Shown here: in pieces, positions 61,230-64,000 of the stretch
Position numbering within the stretch: the first letter of the stretch is position 1
How the letters are laid out: the number at the start of each line of letters is the position of its first letter
Origin: a virus
Taxonomy: Duplodnaviria > Caudoviricetes
DNA: 64,000 bases
Reading direction: 5' to 3' (one strand)
IMG/VR virus record: IMGVR_UViG_3300015214_000001
Span: 144,459 to 208,458 of that record
The notes under the pieces: generated by a model
The model's input: only the letters and a program-made list of their open reading frames with translations
Told to the model about the DNA's origin: nothing
Database searches by the model: none
Made by a program: the position numbers and the translations under genes

Positions 61230-62087
61230 GATCTTTCTCCTTTACTAGGATATATTGCACATGCAGAGGGGCTAACACAAATGCGCCACCTTTTGCGGGT
61301 GCGCGATAGTACAGTTCATTTGTGCGCTCAAAATCTATTGCCGATACAAGCCCAAACATGCCACTGTCATACATGCACTGGGAGCTATGATAAAGAACGT
61401 ATCCTTCATCAACTAAATTGAATATCTCATCACGAGACATTAATTGGCTATTATAGTACGTTGTATTTTCAGTGTAGCTGGATCGCTGACCAACTAACGC
61501 ATATTTGTTTTGTTGTTGGTTAGCAACGTACAACTCGATCTCAACGCAAAGAAAACCATCATCTTCTGATGGAGCGTGATAGCGCCACACCCCATCTAGG
61601 TGATCCCACTCACGCCAGAACATCAAGACAGTTGTTTTAGTCATGACTACAGAACAGTCTTGATTAAAACGTACTGGATGTCGGCATGAGCATTGTCATC
61701 AGCATCGTATAGCTGGTTGTCAGCGACATTCGCAATGCGATCATGACTGATACCTTGAGGATCATTAGCTGAGATGCTCGGAAAGAATAGCATAACATCT
61801 GATGGGTTATCAATAAGGTACTTGACGCTATAAATACCCCACCCCATATCTTGAAGGTCTCTGACTTCTTCATCAGACAAATCAGCAATTACGTATTCAT
61901 CTGATGATAATGGGCCAGTGATTTTAACTGGCAATAACTTCACACCAAGATCAACAATATTGAAGCGTGCCGATAAGTTGATCTTCTCCCACTTGACACG
62001 ATGGCTACACATGAACGTGTATGGCGCGGAATATTGCCATCTGCCTGTCTTGAGGTCTGCCATTCGGTTGACCAGTAATACGCGCAT
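61216..62087 (-). CDS. Two paralogous hypothetical genes (61216..61644 and 61647..62087), DUF4177-like
   Basis: G.W.Y.AP, L.D.G(Y/W).(L/I)Y and QY(I/V)L(V/I)K shared. Confidence 0.55.
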
Positions 62088-62088
62088 T

Positions 62089-62538
62089 TCATTTCCCTTT
62101 CAGTTTATTTAAAAATTCAATAACGCCTAATTTAACTGATAATACCATATTATGCGTATTTGCAACACGGTAAATTATGATATGAATTTCACCCTTCCCT
62201 TTACCAACCCCGCGATCAAGCGCAGCGCCAATACGCACAATCTGACGATCATCAACAAATGCAATTTCATTGAGCGCGTCTAATACTGCCTTGAGCAGGT
62301 TATCTATATCGGCATTGCGGCGTGTCTCTTGGCTAAAGCCGACTTCAATCCCAATGTCATATGGTGTGGGTTCTAAACCAAGTTGCGACATTGCGCTTTG
62401 TGTCATCAGTTTCAAGTAATCTTCATAGTCTTTTGTGCGTTGTGGCGTATAAGCGCGTCCATTTGCTACGCGAGGTCTGCCTTTGGGGACTGGATCAATA
62501 TTGATTGTTAACGCAAATATTATGTCTTTGAATCTCAT
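62089..62538 (-). CDS. rusA: RusA-family Holliday junction resolvase
   Basis: PVPKGRPR..YTP..T..YE; ADIDNLLKAVLDALN..FVDDRQI. Confidence 0.9.
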   Translation of the reverse strand: MRFKDIIFALTINIDPVPKGRPRVANGRAYTPQRTKDYEDYLKLMTQSAMSQLGLEPTPYDIGIEVGFSQETRRNADIDNLLKAVLDALNEIAFVDDRQIVRIGAALDRGVGKGKGEIHIIIYRVANTHNMVLSVKLGVIEFLNKLKGK

Positions 62539-62620
62539 ATGTAACCCTCAATTAATTACAGTGGATATATCAGTAGATTGCCGACATATCCACCACAACA
62601 TCAACTGGGTTTATTTTACC

Positions 62621-63418
62621 TTACTTGTCAACATATGGGAAAGACATGATATGGTTAACTAAGGCATAATAGACAATATCAGGTAAGTTGTCGGCAAAAT
62701 AAAAAGGCTTATCCGTTACTGGTATATATATACCTAGATTTCCTGATCCTACTATGCCCTTAATGCTGAAACTAAATCGTTTATGACGATGGGGCAGATC
62801 GACATCATAATCGTGCATCACTCTAACATCATCAGCCTCGAATAAGATATGATCTTTCAGAGATAACACATCAACGTATTCAAGATCGCGGAAAAAACGG
62901 TTAAACTTACGTTCAACTTCTGCATCGCGCGGAATATCATAGCGCTTACATACGAATGGTGGAGCGTATTTTTTACGGGGCGCTTTAGCCTTATCGCCTT
63001 TCACTAGATCAACTAGAAACCAGTAAACCGCGTCTTTTGTTGCGGCTGAAAGGTCGCCGTAATCTCCTAGTAATATATTTGGCGCAAAAATATTATCGTC
63101 AGTGTCAGTAAACGAATGTGTCGATTTAACAATATTGCCTCCGCAAGCATCAGCCATGACGAATTCAAGAAAAGTCATTGTCCCACCGTATAAGGTCGCA
63201 CTCTGAATAATTAGTATCCCTAATTCACCAAACTCACCTAATCGCTTGATAAATCTATGTGTCTCAAGCCCTACTATCGGTGATAAAGATATAACCTTAT
63301 CGCCAAATGCTATTTGACCATGTGACGCTAACGGGCAACTTTCAACTAATGCTTTCAGTTGCTCGTCTATGGTTCTGTTGCACTCAATTAATCCATAATA
63401 CCCTGTTTCTTTTGACAC
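62621..63418 (-). CDS. Hypothetical protein
   Basis: 265-aa ORF. Confidence 0.55.
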   Translation of the reverse strand: MSKETGYYGLIECNRTIDEQLKALVESCPLASHGQIAFGDKVISLSPIVGLETHRFIKRLGEFGELGILIIQSATLYGGTMTFLEFVMADACGGNIVKSTHSFTDTDDNIFAPNILLGDYGDLSAATKDAVYWFLVDLVKGDKAKAPRKKYAPPFVCKRYDIPRDAEVERKFNRFFRDLEYVDVLSLKDHILFEADDVRVMHDYDVDLPHRHKRFSFSIKGIVGSGNLGIYIPVTDKPFYFADNLPDIVYYALVNHIMSFPYVDK

Positions 63419-63485
63419 TGCTAAAAAAATGTTCGTTGTCTTGAAACCGCATTTAACACCTCATAGAATATTTGATCTATAGCGT

Positions 63486-63512
63486 ATTCTCCCCCCCCGA
63501 ATATTTTGTCAA
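63486..63512 (-). promoter_or_regulatory. TTGACA-15-GAGAAT promoter-like element with G8
   Basis: TTGACAAAATATTCG8; near-duplicate of the 63871 element. Confidence 0.5.
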
Positions 63513-63590
63513 ACCGTTAATATAACAAAAAAGCCGATAGACATTTCTCTATCGGCTTAATCGGCTTTGAGTGAAACTGTGGAATAAGGC

Positions 63591-63845
63591 TTAAACCCCA
63601 GTCTCGTATCGCGCCCACCGCATCAAGCGTGGCGCGACTTTAATTCCCTCCTGTTCAGCAACAACGACAATCGCCATTGCTGCGGCTTCACGATATGATA
63701 CTGCTTCATGGAACACATGGCTATCAACAATCAATTCAACGCGACGGTTGCGCTTATTCCAGCGTGTGTACACATCGCCTGATGTTGCTGTTTCAATCTT
63801 GCCTAAAATTGCTTTAACTGATTTCTCTTTCATGTGTAACTCCAT
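63591..63845 (-). CDS. Hypothetical protein
   Basis: SD GGAG before MKEKSVK. Confidence 0.55.
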   Translation of the reverse strand: MELHMKEKSVKAILGKIETATSGDVYTRWNKRNRRVELIVDSHVFHEAVSYREAAAMAIVVVAEQEGIKVAPRLMRWARYETGV

Positions 63846-63870
63846 ATGTTCCTAATTAACTTATACTCTT

Positions 63871-63898
63871 ATTTTACCCCCCCCCGAATATTTGTCAA
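63871..63898 (-). promoter_or_regulatory. TTGACA-16-TAAAAT promoter with G9 in the spacer
   Basis: C9 on + strand at 63877-63885. Confidence 0.65.
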
Positions 63899-64000
63899 CA
63901 GGTTTTTGTTATGGAATTGTCAAGATAAATAAAAACAGCCTATTCATTGATAGGCTGTTCTGACTGCAATAGGCTGTTGAAAGATATTACTTGCTTTCCA

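Noticed and set aside
584-62112. Many short + strand ORFs antisense to long minus-strand genes (e.g. 39342..39752, 55914..56261, 49050..49364)
   Set aside because: Shadow ORFs with no SD or motifs, fully overlapping well-supported genes
1-64000. Alternative genetic code (stop-codon reassignment)
   Set aside because: Code 11 gives dense, full-length genes, and TAA, TAG and TGA all end conserved genes
1-64000. tRNA genes, integrase, reverse transcriptase/DGR, introns or inteins
   Set aside because: No cloverleaf/T-loop signatures, RT motifs or intein ends seen by eye; TerL and RtcB are of normal length

Overview
This window is part of a large, AT-rich tailed-phage genome (siphovirus-like, HK97-fold capsid), coded almost entirely on the minus strand. 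Positions 1-21.4 kb hold a virion morphogenesis module. It contains a tail chaperone with a -1 frameshift, a major tail protein, head-tail genes and a 994-aa protease+scaffold+major capsid fusion. It also has a 1196-aa portal with internal repeats and a 2H phosphoesterase domain, several probable internal head proteins, and large and small terminase. Positions 24.9-37.4 kb hold a nucleic-acid repair/modification block: ParB-like protein, RtcB, pol-beta-type nucleotidyltransferase, adenine MTase, two PAPS-reductase-family genes, a dATP/dGTP diphosphohydrolase, and a tandem double-length beta-clamp. Positions 37.4-64 kb are mostly small early-type hypothetical genes plus ASCH, SLOG, STAS-like, RusA and a C5 MTase with a second subunit in an overlapping frame. 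The most striking signal is seven G7-G9 tracts in an AT-rich genome. Three lie in DNA-modification genes (two currently frameshifted) and four lie in -35/-10 promoter spacers, which suggests a phase-variation (contingency-locus) system; homopolymer sequencing error is the alternative to exclude. Other non-coding signals are a repeated 20-bp palindrome, a cluster of Gram-positive/Chloroflexi-type LexA boxes and candidate small RNAs. I saw no tRNA, rRNA, CRISPR array or integrase. All family calls come from motif recognition by eye, not database searches.
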